Below are positions 1-13,218 of a DNA stretch of 64,000 bases, piece by piece. Source of the stretch: Botryllus schlosseri (Eukaryota); the NCBI GenBank assembly GCA_051294905.1, contig CM119372.1:17734001-17798000 (forward strand). Reading direction: 5' to 3'. The position numbers were made by a program, and so were the translations under genes. Position 1 is the first letter of the stretch; each line of letters opens with the position of its first letter. The notes under the pieces were generated by a model that saw nothing but the letters and a program-made list of their open reading frames with translations, had not been told where the DNA came from and did no database searches.

Positions 1-88
1 TATAGTACCCTACATTGATGCAATCTCAATCATACAAATCACAAAAAGGGCAAAACACATGTATTTACACTTTAACAACGCAGGATAA

Positions 89-500
89 ATGTGACACTTG
101 GCTCAGCTTGCTTTGTGAAAGGTTTTCAACTTCTAGTAACAAGTCAGATGAAGCAAGAATCAGACGATATTCTAAATGTGCGTTGGGATACGTGATCTTA
201 GCTTGTTCTTCGCAAATTTCATTGTCGAAAACTATTGTTCAGATGCGTACGCGCTACCAAAAGTCGATGCCATTTCTTTTGCATTGTTGGTCAAGCTGGG
301 ATAAAGATCCATTTCAATAACGGACTCTTTGTCAAAGTCGTGCAGCGATATGCTCATTCTATGAAATTTGTCATTCAATTCAACTGCATCGCATTTCAAA
401 AGGGCCCATTTAAAATTTTCAGGCAATGCTATTGGCGTTCACATTAAACGGAGTACTGAGCAATAGTCAGAATTTATTTTGTACTGAACGAATGTCGTAA
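89..500 (-). pseudogene. C-terminal relic of a hAT-Charlie (SPIN/GTF2IRD2-like) transposase
   Basis: Minus strand reads ...LYPSLTNNAKEMASTFGSAYASEQ*FSTMKFAKNKLRSRI, then a frameshift, then NAHLEYRLILASSDLLLEVENLSQSKLSQVSH. This resembles the Charlie dimerisation-domain end (FGSTYxCEQxFSxMK...RSRL...QxSH). One stop and one frameshift. Confidence 0.75.
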
Positions 501-1384
501 AGGCGGGTGGCGATTCAGTAATTAAATTTCCTATCACAGTTACAAATGTATAGTGCTGGTACTAGGTTTACTCTCCTCCAGTATAGGAAAGTGAGCATAA
601 TTTTCTTTTTACTGTTGTGATTCCCAGAGTCGCAGTTCTGTTTCAAATGCGCCTCAACATCTCATGTATTCAGTTATTTCCCCATGAAGTTGCAAATTCA
701 ATTTGTTTAGATGTGTCGTTTTACTACGAAAGCAAGATTAGATACCCATTTCGATGACAAGATTATGAGTCGGCGATGTTTGTATTTTCAAGAAAAGTTG
801 CTAATTCGTTACTCGGTCCATACACTCGTGCAAACATAGCTGCTCGACTTAATGCGCGAACATGGCAGATATACAGGACATTACCATATTGATTATCTGC
901 TTCTAGTAATATATGGGGTAGGCTGTCTGTCTGTCGGTGATTAAGTTTGTGACACCAAAATCAGCTTTCGCCACTGTGTCCAAAACACTATTCAGGTTTG
1001 TTGTCTTGGCGTACAATGTCCTATGGTGAATTAAACTGCAGATGCGGACGCTAGTTATCTATAATGAAACGGAAAGTTTGAGATTTTGACATTGCGTTTT
1101 TGAAGCAGACGAACGGCACCTTTATTGTCGCACACTATCAGAGTGGCAAACCCTTAAAAATATGGTATGCCTTTGGTTGCACGATACACCCGCTTAATAA
1201 GCACTGGTCTAGTCTACTCTACAGATATTCTCTATCTCCTACTTTTACTATGATATAGGCTACTAGTCAACCGCCTTCGCACCAGCTTTGACGTAACAAT
1301 AGACTAATACGACGTAGGATACTTATCGCAGCAATGCCGCATTCTTTCCAAGCAGTGCTGCATTGCAGATTGGAACTCATTACG

Positions 1385-1490
1385 AAACGGCGGGCCGTAT
1401 TCTTGTGGTAACTAATTACTTGGTCGCGGGCCGGACGATTTCGCTTGGCGGGCCGGATCCGGCCCGCGGGCCGTAGGTTGCCGACCCTTG
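1385..1490 (-). mobile_element. Terminus of a hAT-Charlie-type MITE
   Basis: GCGGGCCG subterminal repeats ending GGTTGCCGACCCTTG, like the termini of the complete elements at 12431, 13224 and 16270. Confidence 0.6.
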
Positions 1491-2110
1491 TCGTATAGTA
1501 TTGACTTTGAAAAGAGTAATAGCCAGGGTTGCCATACCGTCCTTATTTCTAAGATTTGTCCTTACTTTGAAGGGCCACGTCTTAGAAAACTCAACTGTCC
1601 TTATTTCTAAGAAATGTCCTTATTTTCGACTTGCGTCCTTATTTTGTCTTATTTTCAACCGCTACAGAACTTCAATCGTTTTCCTCTGGTAGGCCTATCT
1701 GTGTTGCATAATATTCTAAAATTATGCTTTTTCGTCGAGATTTTATGACATCATAAATGAAAGGAACTCTCGTGACGTACACACCACAACATTTGACTTC
1801 CAAGTGGTGAGATAGCTATGAGCAGTGAGTGGTGGCATATAGCAGTTTCGTCTGTACCAAGCTACCGCAGCGGACGACTTCATTTTAGCAGTAAACAGCA
1901 GTACCAGGTTCCTGATGTTTGGTCTACAGCAGAATAAGCTCAAGCTGTGGGGCAGGCAGCATTTATTGTGTAGTGAAAAAAAGGCGCAGTGCAGTCGACA
2001 CATCGGTTAAGAAGTAATAAAGCTATCAATAATGTATAAATTTTTCTAAATTATATTGCACTTGCGCATATAGTTTTAGCTACAAATAAAGCTAAATCTG
2101 ATTAGTTTAA

Positions 2111-3740
2111 ATGAACAGGCGTAAAAACGTTTGTTGTGACGATTATGAGAGAGAATTCAAAGGTATCTAACGAAGCTTGAAGGGTGAGTGTTTCGCACAT
2201 AGCAATATCTGCAATTGTGATATCAACCTAGAGTAGAGTTACCATATTTCAGCAACCCAAATTCCGCACACTCTTTAGCGCCCACTAGTGGATTTCAAAA
2301 TGAGTTAAGACGTCACACCAGCAAAGCTTTTCTCATAGACCAGAGGTGGTCACGGTCCGGTTCAGGAGTATGTGGCTGTGTGTTGTGTAACCGGGACCTA
2401 AAGCACATGTTTTCAGCTCCATCCCGCCCAAATAAACAATGATTTTGAGCCCACACTACAGGATAATCGATGCAACTTCTGAAGGGGGGGGGAGGGGTAC
2501 TTGCTATATGAATCTGGTTTCTATATGCATCTGGTCGTTAAATTATTTGAATGAATTCTGTCAATAATATTGGTCGTTCCATATATTACTTTATAGATAC
2601 TATACTCTCCGCCCACATGATCAGAGTTAGCGGTAGTGCTGGTGGAGGATGATGAGTTCGAAAATACTGGGAGCGTAATTGCACATCGTTAAGTTATGTT
2701 CATGTCCTACCGATAAGCTTGTTATTCAGCCTTATGCCGGTGCGCACCACGGAGCTATATAAACACCCCACATCCAATGGTTTCCAACCTTTTATGGTCG
2801 CGACTCCATCTCCAATTTGAAAATGTTCCGTGGCCCAGATCAAAATTTTACGAGCTGATTACTAAAAGAAGTCAGCACCTTTGCCCAGACTTACTCACGG
2901 TCTATTTTGGAAGCTGATTACGTTCAACATATTAGCAGCCTATTCCCCCCCCCCCCCCCCGTTTGGAACCACTATCTTTGAATAAAACATTTAAACGGCC
3001 TTAGCGATCTCTAGGAATAGCCTATACCGTTCTCCTATAATTGCGATTGCAATTTGGCTTATTCCAGTAAATGAAGGTTGTTATTATTTATATTTTATGG
3101 CAGTTTTTGCGAGGGTGGTGGTCTCCATATTAAAATCCATAAATGTGATAGTAAATGGCGCGCAGCGCGAAGAAAAATATCATACATCAACATAAATATT
3201 TCCAAATAATATTATTTTTATGCTGATTTACAAAAAAAATTATGAGGCTACGTCAAAATTCCGGACATTTGGCATATTTTCGAAATTCCTCCCGGACGCT
3301 AGTTTGAACACTGAAATTCCGGACGTATGGCAACCCTAACCTAGAGGCCATAGGAAAGACCGCAATTTCAACTCACATTGATACCCCAAAACACAAGAAG
3401 TGTGTAATGATGATTAATTTGAGCCAGTCGATGAATAATTTTTCCTCAAGTCGATCAGCACCAACGACCACAAACTCCAAGGCAGCTGCTGCAGAGGGTA
3501 CCTGGGCATTCCATACTGTCAGCCACCAGCAATCATTCCTCACCAACGATTCCACATCGCAATTGTTCAAAGCAATATTCCTCGATTCCAACATTGCAAA
3601 TAAGTTTTCTTCAGCCAGGACCAAGACTACAAGCATTTTTGCTGGAGTTTTTGCTCCATACGCCCAAAAATGATTTTGTCTAAACTTCGTGTACGGCCTT
3701 TTTCCATCTTGGTAAACGACACTAACGAGGTGATGAAGTT
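2111..3740 (+). pseudogene. N-terminal hAT transposase relic split by a nested MITE
   Basis: Removing 2234-3346 joins MNRRKNVCCDDYEREFKGI*RSLKGECFAHSNICNCDINLE to AIGKTAISTHIDTPKH...AAAEGTWAFHTVSHQQSF...FLDSNIANKFSSARTKTTSIFAGVFAPYAQK in one frame. This gives a BED-like Zn finger followed by typical hAT motifs. Confidence 0.75.
2234..3338. mobile_element. Nested non-autonomous hAT element
   Basis: Ends TAGAGTTACCATA...TATGGCAACCCTA. Perfect TSD ACCTAGAG (2226-2233 / 3339-3346). Contains a further Charlie-like MITE at about 2775-2973. Confidence 0.85.
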
Positions 3741-4614
3741 TGGTATATCACCCTGGGGGGGGGGGGGTGACGAAGCGCTGTTTCGGCCCTGAGTTAAGGT
3801 AAACCTAGCCTGAGCTGTCGTGAGATCAATGAAGCACTTTCTAATCACAAGGAGTTGGGAGCAGATTGTTTCTGGTGAAAGTATGGAATGCGATATGCTT
3901 CGGCTCGTGTAAATACAAAGAATGTACAAAAACGCTCTTTCATGCTAATCTAATTTTTAGACTGTCCTTATTTTTGGGTCCATGTCGATGGCAACCCTGG
4001 TAATAGCTAAACATAGCAGTCCACTAACATGGTTACTATGGTAGATTATATTTAGATATTCAGTCGTTATAGGAATTTTGTTGTGGTGCGATATGTAATG
4101 TATGTTATTTCTTATTTATACCAATACCAAGTTCTATACATAGGCTACCCAACGTTGTACGCATAACCAGTAAGATATGGAGAATGATTAATTTCTCCAG
4201 TCGCTGTTAAATCTTAGCTACGGCGTCAGTATATTATTATGCTGTGATCGTAATTAGGCTTGTATTGGGAACGTAACTATTCGCTTTCGTACTCTTACGC
4301 CGATATGTAGTCTAGCAAGTTCGCCATAATTTTCTAGGACGCAATATGTTACAATATAACTCATTTCTAAAATTACCGCGAGGGCCAATCACAACCTTCT
4401 GGTCGGGTGCATGTGGTCCACGGGCCTCGGGTTGGCTACCCTGCTGTAGGCTATTCTCGTCTCTGAACTTGCACAAAAGTGTATAAATAAACGAACATCT
4501 GGTTGGATTTATTGATAAAACATTATAATTCAGCCGATATCACTATCGGTGAAAAATGCTCACGCAGGATGAGATTTTACGATGTAGCGCTTAGATATCA
4601 CCTTCGTCATTTAT

Positions 4615-5310
4615 TTATTTTAGCTGAAGCATGGAAATTGTGCATTGATATTCATCCACAATATCAGCCCACCAACCTTTGTCTTCATCGTAGACTTCCA
4701 GTGTACTCACATTAAAATGAGTAAAATCGTTCACTATTTCTTCCTTAGTCACGGAATGTGGCGGAGGACAAGCAAGAGAGGTGTCATAATATAACGTTTC
4801 CATCAAAATTCTACCTCCTGCTTTCATCAATGAACGAATGACACCGCAATACGTAGTGCGGGTGACTGGATCGATCGCTCCGTACGAGCTGCGATCGAAG
4901 ACGGCGTCAAATTGACCACAAATTTCTGCGGTCATGCTGTACACATCACCCTGGTATATCTTGATATTCTTTTCCTTGGTGCGATAAAGAACGAACGGTC
5001 CATCTTTAACATCTTCGGTGGTGAAGGTTAGTGAATTATCTTCGTGAAATGCTTCAACGGCGTTTTTTGCGTATTCCACTCCAATAACTTCGTGACCCAT
5101 ATCAGCTAGGTATATCATATCCAGGGTTTTACCGCAGCAAGGAACGTAAACTCTGCTACCGGTCATCGGTTCAGGAAACAAAACATTGTGATATTTTGTA
5201 AGGGACTTTGAAAATTTTTTTCTCTGGAAATCTGGCTCCTCGGTCAAATCACTCCAGTATTTTTGTGCCCATTCATCCTTAGTCATCGCAATGATAGTTC
5301 GCCGTGACAT
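4615..5310 (-). CDS. TPMT: Thiopurine S-methyltransferase family SAM-dependent methyltransferase, 231 aa, single coding exon
   Basis: Motifs RVYVPCCGKTLDMIYLADMGHEVIGVE, IKIYQGD, GQFDAVFDR and PPPHSV match the TPMT family (PLCGK..M.W.AD.GH.V.GVE; FD..WDR; GPPF.V). Orthology versus paralogy is not resolved. Confidence 0.88.
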   Translation of the reverse strand: MSRRTIIAMTKDEWAQKYWSDLTEEPDFQRKKFSKSLTKYHNVLFPEPMTGSRVYVPCCGKTLDMIYLADMGHEVIGVEYAKNAVEAFHEDNSLTFTTEDVKDGPFVLYRTKEKNIKIYQGDVYSMTAEICGQFDAVFDRSSYGAIDPVTRTTYCGVIRSLMKAGGRILMETLYYDTSLACPPPHSVTKEEIVNDFTHFNVSTLEVYDEDKGWWADIVDEYQCTISMLQLK

Positions 5311-5562
5311 TTCAAGTTGAAATGATAAGTATAGATTCTATATATTTTTAATTGCTGTAACATGGAGAAGAGGATACCGATCTCAATTTTTCATACCGGC
5401 CATTTAAAATTTTCTCAAGTAAAAATGAGTTTCGTATTGGCCCAGATATGCTTCCTTTCTTCAATGACATCGCCACGATCACAGATGCGGCGGTTTCGGA
5501 GATAGGCCAGTCTGGGGATTTTTTTCCAGGTAGGCTACTTCATACCTTTTGTCGTTCTTTTG

Positions 5563-5640
5563 CTAGAGATAGCGTAGTGGTGACGATAAGCGCCTACTAA
5601 TCGGGCGGCGTCGGTTCGATTCCCGTCGGAGAGTTATCTG
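5563..5640 (+). mobile_element. tRNA-derived SINE head
   Basis: Pol III A box TAGCGTAGTGG and B box GGTTCGATTCC. No pairing acceptor stem. Confidence 0.55.
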
Positions 5641-5952
5641 GGTGTTTGTATGACATAGAGCGAGAAACCAAAGGTAAGAAAAATCTTACAGTGGCATCCG
5701 GTCGACTCGCAGGAGCGGTCAAATTTTTCATGGTCAAGCCATATTGTAACAAAACAATTTTCGGCGCGTGTCACTTATTGGCAATATAGTACCAAATACA
5801 GACTACAAATGATACACTAAAGTATAATATTTTGCAAGTAATTCAGGAATTCTTTCAAACATTGACTGATTGCTCTGGCAACAAAATTTTTACCGTTCGC
5901 GACCCAAACTTGGAGAACCACTGCTATATAAGAACTAATGTTCACCACGCAG

Positions 5953-6452
5953 CAGGGTTGCAACCAAGTCACAAGAATGGGAGTTACAAGAGAACTTGAC
6001 TTGTATAGTTTGACTCGAGTCAAGTGCAGTCATTTTCAATTCACAACCGAGTCAAGCCCGCATCCAAGTCCAAGTCCAAGTGTTAATTGTCCAGTACTAC
6101 CAAGTTCAATTCGGGTTCAATTCACTTCCGGGAAACTCTTGGGTCATATCAAAGGCATCGGCTAATGAACAAATTTTTCTCAGTCTAAACACTTTTATTC
6201 AAACAGATGAAAGACAGTTTCTATGGGCCTATTTTTCAATTTATCGGTCCTGATATACGAGACTTGACTAAGTGATATAAATTTGGTCGAGTGATGCGCA
6301 ATGACTCGAGTACATGTCGAATCAACACACAAATTGACTCGAATCGAGTAGAGTCATTTTCAATTTTTAAGAAAATGACTTGACTCGAGTCAAGTCGAGC
6401 CAACGAAAAGTTGCGACTCGATTCCGACTCGAGTCGAGTTATTACAAGCCTG
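5953..6452. mobile_element. hAT MITE with GACTCGAGTC/GACTT subterminal repeats
   Basis: Ends CAGGGTTGCAA...TTACAAGCCTG. Perfect TSD CCACGCAG (5945-5952 / 6453-6460). Confidence 0.88.
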
Positions 6453-7221
6453 CCACGCAGTCATGTTACAGATTTAAGATATCGGCATGAGCACGTTTAG
6501 TGTAGTGGGATTTCTCCGTATTTTTATAATCTGTGGCAGTTCGTGGTAGTTGCGCTGGATATTGACCAGAGACTCTATAGATCTGCAGTCATCAACAGTT
6601 GGCTTACTTGACCAAAACACCATCGCCGCAAAATGTCTTAGGACCAATCAAAAATCTTATACGTTTGGAGGTGTATAAAGCATCACGCCATCAGCGTGCC
6701 ACCTAATTGTATGTAATTCGTACTAAGTAGTCAGTGGCCTATTCACAAGAGCACAATGTAGACTGCATAATGGTGCAAAGAGAAATTCACTGACCTGGAA
6801 ACCTTTGACACATGCGAATATACTAAATAAGTTGACTTTGTAAATAATTTTGAACTTATTTTGACTTGTTGACAGGGCAAAAAATATTCACCCCAGTAAT
6901 CATTAGTGAGATTTTATGGTCATCGCCATTAACTAATTTCCCAAATTAGGGATAAAAATGGTTTTGGGTAACTTGAAGCTTAAAACAGAATTAAAATTTG
7001 AATATGCGAGTGGCGACCGGTAGATTCGCTGATTTGACTTTTGATTCTACTTCAAGACACACAAATCCGATGGCATCGATTATGCAATCTTCAATGAACT
7101 TATTTTCTTCGAGTGGCTTTATGCGTTTTGGAACTTCATTGGGTCATCAAAACCTCTATCTTTAACGTTCTGTTGTTGACAGCATTTACTGTGGACTCCA
7201 AAACCTGAATTTAATAGTTTT

Positions 7222-7581
7222 GCGAGATAGTGTAATGGTGATGCGGCCGGCTTCTTGATCGGTAGGTCGTGGATTCGATCCCCGGCCAGGTCAGACGAAA
7301 GACTCGTATCTAGGAAGTTGGTGTTTGCGGTATTCATGGTGTTTATCGACTACTATGGTCATTTGCACCAGGCCAATTCTCTTCATTTCTATTCCATAGC
7401 TGCCGACTTGTAGCACGGCCCACTTCTTTATAAGACACCGCTTACACGAATGACATGGCGCGGAGAAGCCTTGATAAATCTCCAACACTTGGGTAGAAAT
7501 TCTGGCGTCGACCTCGGTCGGACTCGAACCCGAAACCCACCGTTGTTGCAGATGTGGATTATACAACTAGGTTATCTCGCC
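7222..7581. mobile_element. Two tRNA-derived SINE heads in opposite orientation
   Basis: Plus head GCGAGATAGTGTAATGG...GGATTCGATCCC (7222-7290). Minus head GGCGAGATAACCTAGTTG...GGTTCGAGTCCG (7581-7515). Confidence 0.55.
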
Positions 7582-8021
7582 GCACACATCGTTTCTATGT
7601 ATATCATGCCGCAAAAACATCAAGGACAAAAATTTGTAACGTCGTAAAATCTTACTCCCCGGCTAATGCAATAATTCGAATTCTAATCTAATTTGTGAAC
7701 TTGGACTATTATACGCTCTTATTATAATTCTAATATTAATTCCAGTTTTTCTATCATAGAATCGAATTTGTAATGTAATTGTAATGCACTCACAAGGAAT
7801 AGAAAGACCAAGGCAAAATAGATAAACGTCGACATTGACAAATTACTGTGGACATTATCGTCATTGAAACATCCTGACTTGAGAGTCATATTACAACCCC
7901 ACTTTCGGCCCCGGGCGGCATTGTCGACAATGTCGGCATTGGCGACATTGGCGACATCGACAAATTAAATACACCCCTCCGTGGCAGACGAAAGACGTGA
8001 AGCTTCCCTAATCCCTACAAT

Positions 8022-9315
8022 CAGGGCCGTAACAGCACTTCGCCAGGCCCCCAAAACGTTGATCCTGGGCCCCCCATAGGGTGACAAACCTAACTTCTGG
8101 GGGGCTTCGCCCCCCGGACCCCCCTCAAGCTGTACGTTTTTGCCGCTGCTTTTCATCTATATTGGGTGTCCGTTGGGTGAGTCAGTTTTTATCGAATAGA
8201 AAAATTTCTATAATTCATGACTGATTCGAGCAATATGATCAGGAATTGCATATATATTGCTATCAATTTTTATCCTTTCTCTGCTCACGTAATCAGATTT
8301 ACCGGTAGAGCAGAGTGAGGTGTGTTTGAAAGGGTAGGACCACTCAATAATAAATAAACATCTCCGGGTGTATTGTATACCCGTTGGAAGGAACGAAACA
8401 GCACTTCGTCATAGGCCCCACAAAACTGGAGTCTTGAGCTCCCATAGGGTGACAAACAGACCCGCCAGGCCGCCACTACGTTGTTCACTTTGCCACGAAA
8501 TTATAGATGTATTGCGTAGTAAGCCAGCGCGAAGCGCGAAAATTTTCGATTATTCAAGATAAAATCGGTCAATAAGATCGGGAATTGCATATATATTGCT
8601 ATCATGCAATTTCTTGTCCTCTATACTCAGTTGCTCGCGTAATCAGATTTACCGGTAGAGCTGAGTCAGGTGTTGTCTTGGAAAATGTAGAGCCCGTAAA
8701 TAATAATTAAACATCTTCGGGCAGGTGGACCCGTTGGTATGACTTCGTTACATGATGTTATTTCGTGACCTCCTGTCTGCTATATCAAAAATATATAATC
8801 GCCCAAACGTACTAAACTAAAAGATCTCTCGATTTCAAATTGGTATTTATTCACTGACATATAATTTTTCCCTGCGGGGTGGTATTTGTCTTGTGAGGTT
8901 CATGGACTATTAAACCCACATGTATTTTGTATATATAACGAAGTTTTCGGTCAGCATAAGGGCAGTCCTTTTCGGCCAAGGTTTTCTCGCTGCCGATCGT
9001 TCTGGCACACTTCTTGCAGTCGCATGTTACATGGCCTAAAACTTTATACGTCTTGGTGCGTCGTGGCGAGGTAATGGCCGACGCTGATATGCCCATTTCT
9101 ATAAATCTTGCGTATTTTTTCTTGTGGGAAGAGTACCCAATATTCGAGATACTTGACAACTTGAAATCGCGCGCAGCGCGTAAAATTTTTGATAAAGTTG
9201 CTCAAATTTTCAAAAAGTACTCTATAATTTATGCTAATTCGCGAAATAATTTTGGGCCCCCTTCGAGCTCGGCCCCCCCCATTGGGGGGTTTGGGGTGCG
9301 GCAGTTACGGCCCTG
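8022..9315. mobile_element. Non-autonomous hAT element (Tip100-like termini)
   Basis: TIRs CAGGGCCGTAAC...GTTACGGCCCTG. Perfect TSD CCTACAAT (8014-8021 / 9316-9323). Internal duplication (about 8235-8385 vs 8575-8735). Confidence 0.9.
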
Positions 9316-10023
9316 CCTACAATAGAGGAGCTGCCAAGAAATCGCTCGAAACCCAACGCTCAAAATTCGCGAAAAATCCAGAGTTATTTCGAAAGTATAA
9401 AGAAAAAATCGACGAGTAGGCCTATCTATCTCGAGGGAACGCTCAAATAGTTCCGCCGAACTTGCTGCCTTCCGTTGAACGAACGTTCTATCTCATTCAT
9501 TTTCACACCCAACTTCAAAGTATGGAGATACAGTTCTCATGTCTGATTCAAATGCATCCCGCGGTAAGTAGCCGAAGGCTATTGTTAAACAGGTTTTCCC
9601 TGATCGCCACGGATTGGTTCGTAAAGTTACTGTACGTACGCGTCGACTACTGGTACTTACAGACGTGACATCCGCAAATTGGGTCGCCTTGAACTGGAAT
9701 AACATTGCTTACTTATATTGCATGCTTTCTGTATCTTGCCATTTTACATTCCAGTTATTAATTATGCACGTTTTCTGTATATTGCCGATATATAAGTTAT
9801 CTTTAACAAGGAGAAACATAAACACAAAGGGAAAGTTTTAGTAGTACCTAGTTACAATTAGTATTTTCGTCCTATTTTAATACCATTTTTATAATTATTC
9901 CTTCAGGCTTTCGCGGGATCCACATAAGTCATTACGGGCTCAGTGCTGTCCGTGAGCTGTAGTTAGACGACCTGTGCTCTATAGGCTTACACTAGTGTGC
10001 TAGTGTATGAATGAACTCTAACG

Positions 10024-11466
10024 CAGGGGTCACCAATCTTTTTGCAACAAAGAGTTACTTCTTGGGTACTGATTGAAGCGGCCGGCTACCATTCATTCAC
10101 TCCCGCCGTTTACCCGTACCAGACTGAAGTGCCACTTTAATATTCATAGCACTGGGCAAGAATCACATTGCGTTAAGACTTCTAAGACACTATTGTGAAA
10201 TCAAAACATCTCATTGCAAATAGCTAGCTGCTATTTTTTTTAAATCATGAATTACTTCGCAACATGTTCTCATATAAAGGGCCGAAACAGTAGCCTACTT
10301 CGAGCTGAAGGAGTTGTTGACTTCAGATAACAAGCACATGACTATTCCGCGCCTATGGACAATGGTGAAATAGCAATTTATGGTTTCGGTCAACATGCGG
10401 CGGTTATTTTCGCCTAAGGTTTTATAATGGTTACACACTTCGCGAAGTCGCATACTGGCCGAAACTTCAGCAGTCTTTGGTATTGATCTCGGTAATGACC
10501 GTCGCCGCAATGCCTTTTTTAATAAATGATATGTATTTTTTTCTCGGGCCACTGAGGGTACCAAGTTTTTCCATGATAATTCTTGGATTATCCACCGATC
10601 AAGGATAATTCCAAAATTGTCAAAGAAAAACTCAAATAATTCCGCTTCCACTGGTTGGAATTGAGTCAAATTTGTTTTGCATCGTTCTTGAAGACAGCGC
10701 AACAATTTCATTGGGTTGACAAAAAAATTTGAATTTTTTTATTTTTTTTTTGCATTTTTGGGTAAATTCAAAATTTTCAAACGGTACGAAATCCGCGATT
10801 ACCGGTTGGAATGACTTCAAATTTGGTGAGTGTCGTTTTTTAAGGTAACCTAACGATTTAATCACGTAGCCAGCAAGATTCAGGAATTTTATTTGAACAG
10901 CTCTATTGCGCATGCTGACAAATTGAAAGACAACAAGGGACGTCTAAGTTTAGCTTTACACCTATAATGCAGTAACAATATCGTAGAAATATAGTTGTTA
11001 TTATTGAAAAGTGTAGTGGTGGTCTAGTATAGTCAGTAAAATTAAGTCTGAAATCTTTTGGAACCTTGAGGGTTCGAATTCAAAATGAATAACCAATCTT
11101 TGTCATAATGGCATTGAACTTTTTAATTGAATTCCCTTCAACTTATTGCTGTGACGTAGGATTTTCTGCAATGGTATCAATCAAGACGAAGTAAATTTGC
11201 GAGTGACAATTACATGAGAGATGATGTCTATTATCCTTCCCTTTTTCGAGATTTCACCATGCACTGGATAGCATGAAAACAGCATCAGCCTTCCCATTGA
11301 CTTGATATTTTTAACGGGCATTTCAGTGTACATTATGACGTCATCTTCGTGCTGTTTTGCAATTAATTGAGTGCAAGCTGTTATTTGGTATTGTTTAAAA
11401 GAGGGTAATTACATCCCGTCATTTTCTTCTTGGGGGCAACGATATGAAAAAGGTTAAGAACCACTG
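10024..11466. mobile_element. Probable composite hAT-Charlie element
   Basis: Starts CAGGGGTCACCAATC and ends GGTTAAGAACCACTG. Flanks CTCTAACG / CTCTAAAT (2 mismatches), so pairing of the ends is tentative. Confidence 0.45.
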
Positions 11467-13218
11467 CTCTAAATCGTCGTCGTTTCAGCAGGTAGATATA
11501 GATCAGTGGTCGGGAACCTATGGCTCGCGAGCCATATATGGCTGTTTTGGGTATGAGATGTGGCTCTTTGCCAAATATTTATTTTTGTACTGAATTGATC
11601 AATATTGAAGCGACTTGTTATTTAATTTCCATCACGACCGTAATAAATATTCTTGTGGCAGTATAAACGTCCTTGAGTGGTAAAGACAATGCCGTCTTCA
11701 GTTTAGGGGCTCTTACTCCCTCTTTCGGAAATCCTCAAATCTAAGTTACTGTCGCGCCGGCGACCAATATCTCTCGCGAATTCTATGTACCGTACCCGAC
11801 TCGAAATCTTGTATTGTGCGATACGTTGATAAAATCAAAGAGCATAGCAGCCATGGCAACGCCCATTTCACAACGCAGTTTTCAAATACACAATGTCTTA
11901 CTGATCTACGGTGCGAAATGAACTGCCGTGGACGTGACATTCACAATTACAAACTCGAATTACAAACAACGCCATAGCTATCCAAGGTAAGTAGCTCTGT
12001 AGTATCGGCGATAAAACGTAGGCGTGCAGCGCAACATTATGTTACCGCCGAATTCTTTGAGAATTGAGAAGTCGATCAGTATTTAGAATTTCGGAATCAG
12101 TGTGACAGTTACATTTGATTAATATCAGTTATATTAAATTCTAAGCTATTTACGATGGGCTGCATTCAGGGCTTTGGAGCCGGAGCCCCGGAGCCGTGCA
12201 TTTTCACCGGAGCTGGAGCTCCACATAAAATTCAACTATATCTGCTGATTCCACATAATTTACCAGCAGGCGTGAATTTTAATGCTGTGCGCAGCAATGG
12301 CATGGAGTAAAGTGCGGTCTAGTGTTATCGACAATTGACAAGTATTTATTTTGACGTCACTAGCCGGTACGGCGGCACCTATGTCTTCGTTGCTGCATCC
12401 GATGTTACTGACGGCTGACAGGCTTTAGAGCAGGAGTGTCAAACATACGGCCCGCGGGCCGCATCCGGCCCGCCAGACCATTTCATCCGGCCCGCGAAGC
12501 GATTCTGAGTAGGCTACATTGAAAAAAATGCATGTATTCTCCAGCATATCTCTAACAGTTGTTGATATCTTTAGTAATAAATACATCGATTAAATAATCC
12601 CTCAAGACTGCAACTGGCGAGCATGTTTATAGATGTCATTATAACCACCCGACAGCGGTGTCATTCTGTTCACCATTAGGAATACGTCATTGACACCCAA
12701 TTCCGGGAGACATAAAATTTCACACGGAACCCATAGTTTTATGGAAGCATAGACCAAAAATGAGATATTTACAGCAGCGAAAACACCAATGAGAGACCAT
12801 TATGTGCAGGTTACATGGAGAATGGAAACAGTTACACAAAAGTACTTCGAATTTATGTGGTCGCACTGCTGAATAATTTCTGACTCAAAAGATAACGGCC
12901 CCCAGAAAAAAACCCGAATCGCGATTAAATAATAGTGAAGCAATTCCTACGTCTGCGCAAAGGAAACATAGAAATATTCCAGCATATAGATGCGTTAGAG
13001 CCACTTTTCAGCAGTTTATAACTGTATTAAACCGGCCAATCACCTGATTCTTGCCAATTCCATTGTTTGCTAACATAGGTGCTGCGAGAATAGAACCCCT
13101 GTAATCCATAATTTAATATAATATACGGTTGTATAAGGCATGATTGATGAAGTGTACAGGTGAGAAACGAGGGAATGGATTTTAAGGCACAATTTTGAAA
13201 TAATTTAACTGGTCCGGC

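Larger units (their letters stand above)
1524..3999 (+). mobile_element. Deleted hAT DNA transposon (Blackjack-like) carrying a transposase remnant
   Basis: TIRs CAGGGTTGCCAT...ATGGCAACCCTG. GTCCTTATTT subterminal repeats. Perfect 8-bp TSD GTAATAGC (1516-1523 / 4000-4007). Confidence 0.9.

Noticed and set aside
5563..5640. Functional tRNA genes here and at 7222, 14340 and 36110
   Set aside because: A and B boxes are present but acceptor stems do not pair. The 14340 copy has a SINE tail and TSD.
10295..10913. 138-aa and 93-aa minus-strand ORFs
   Set aside because: They lie in repeat-derived DNA, share internal repeat text, and have no recognisable motif.
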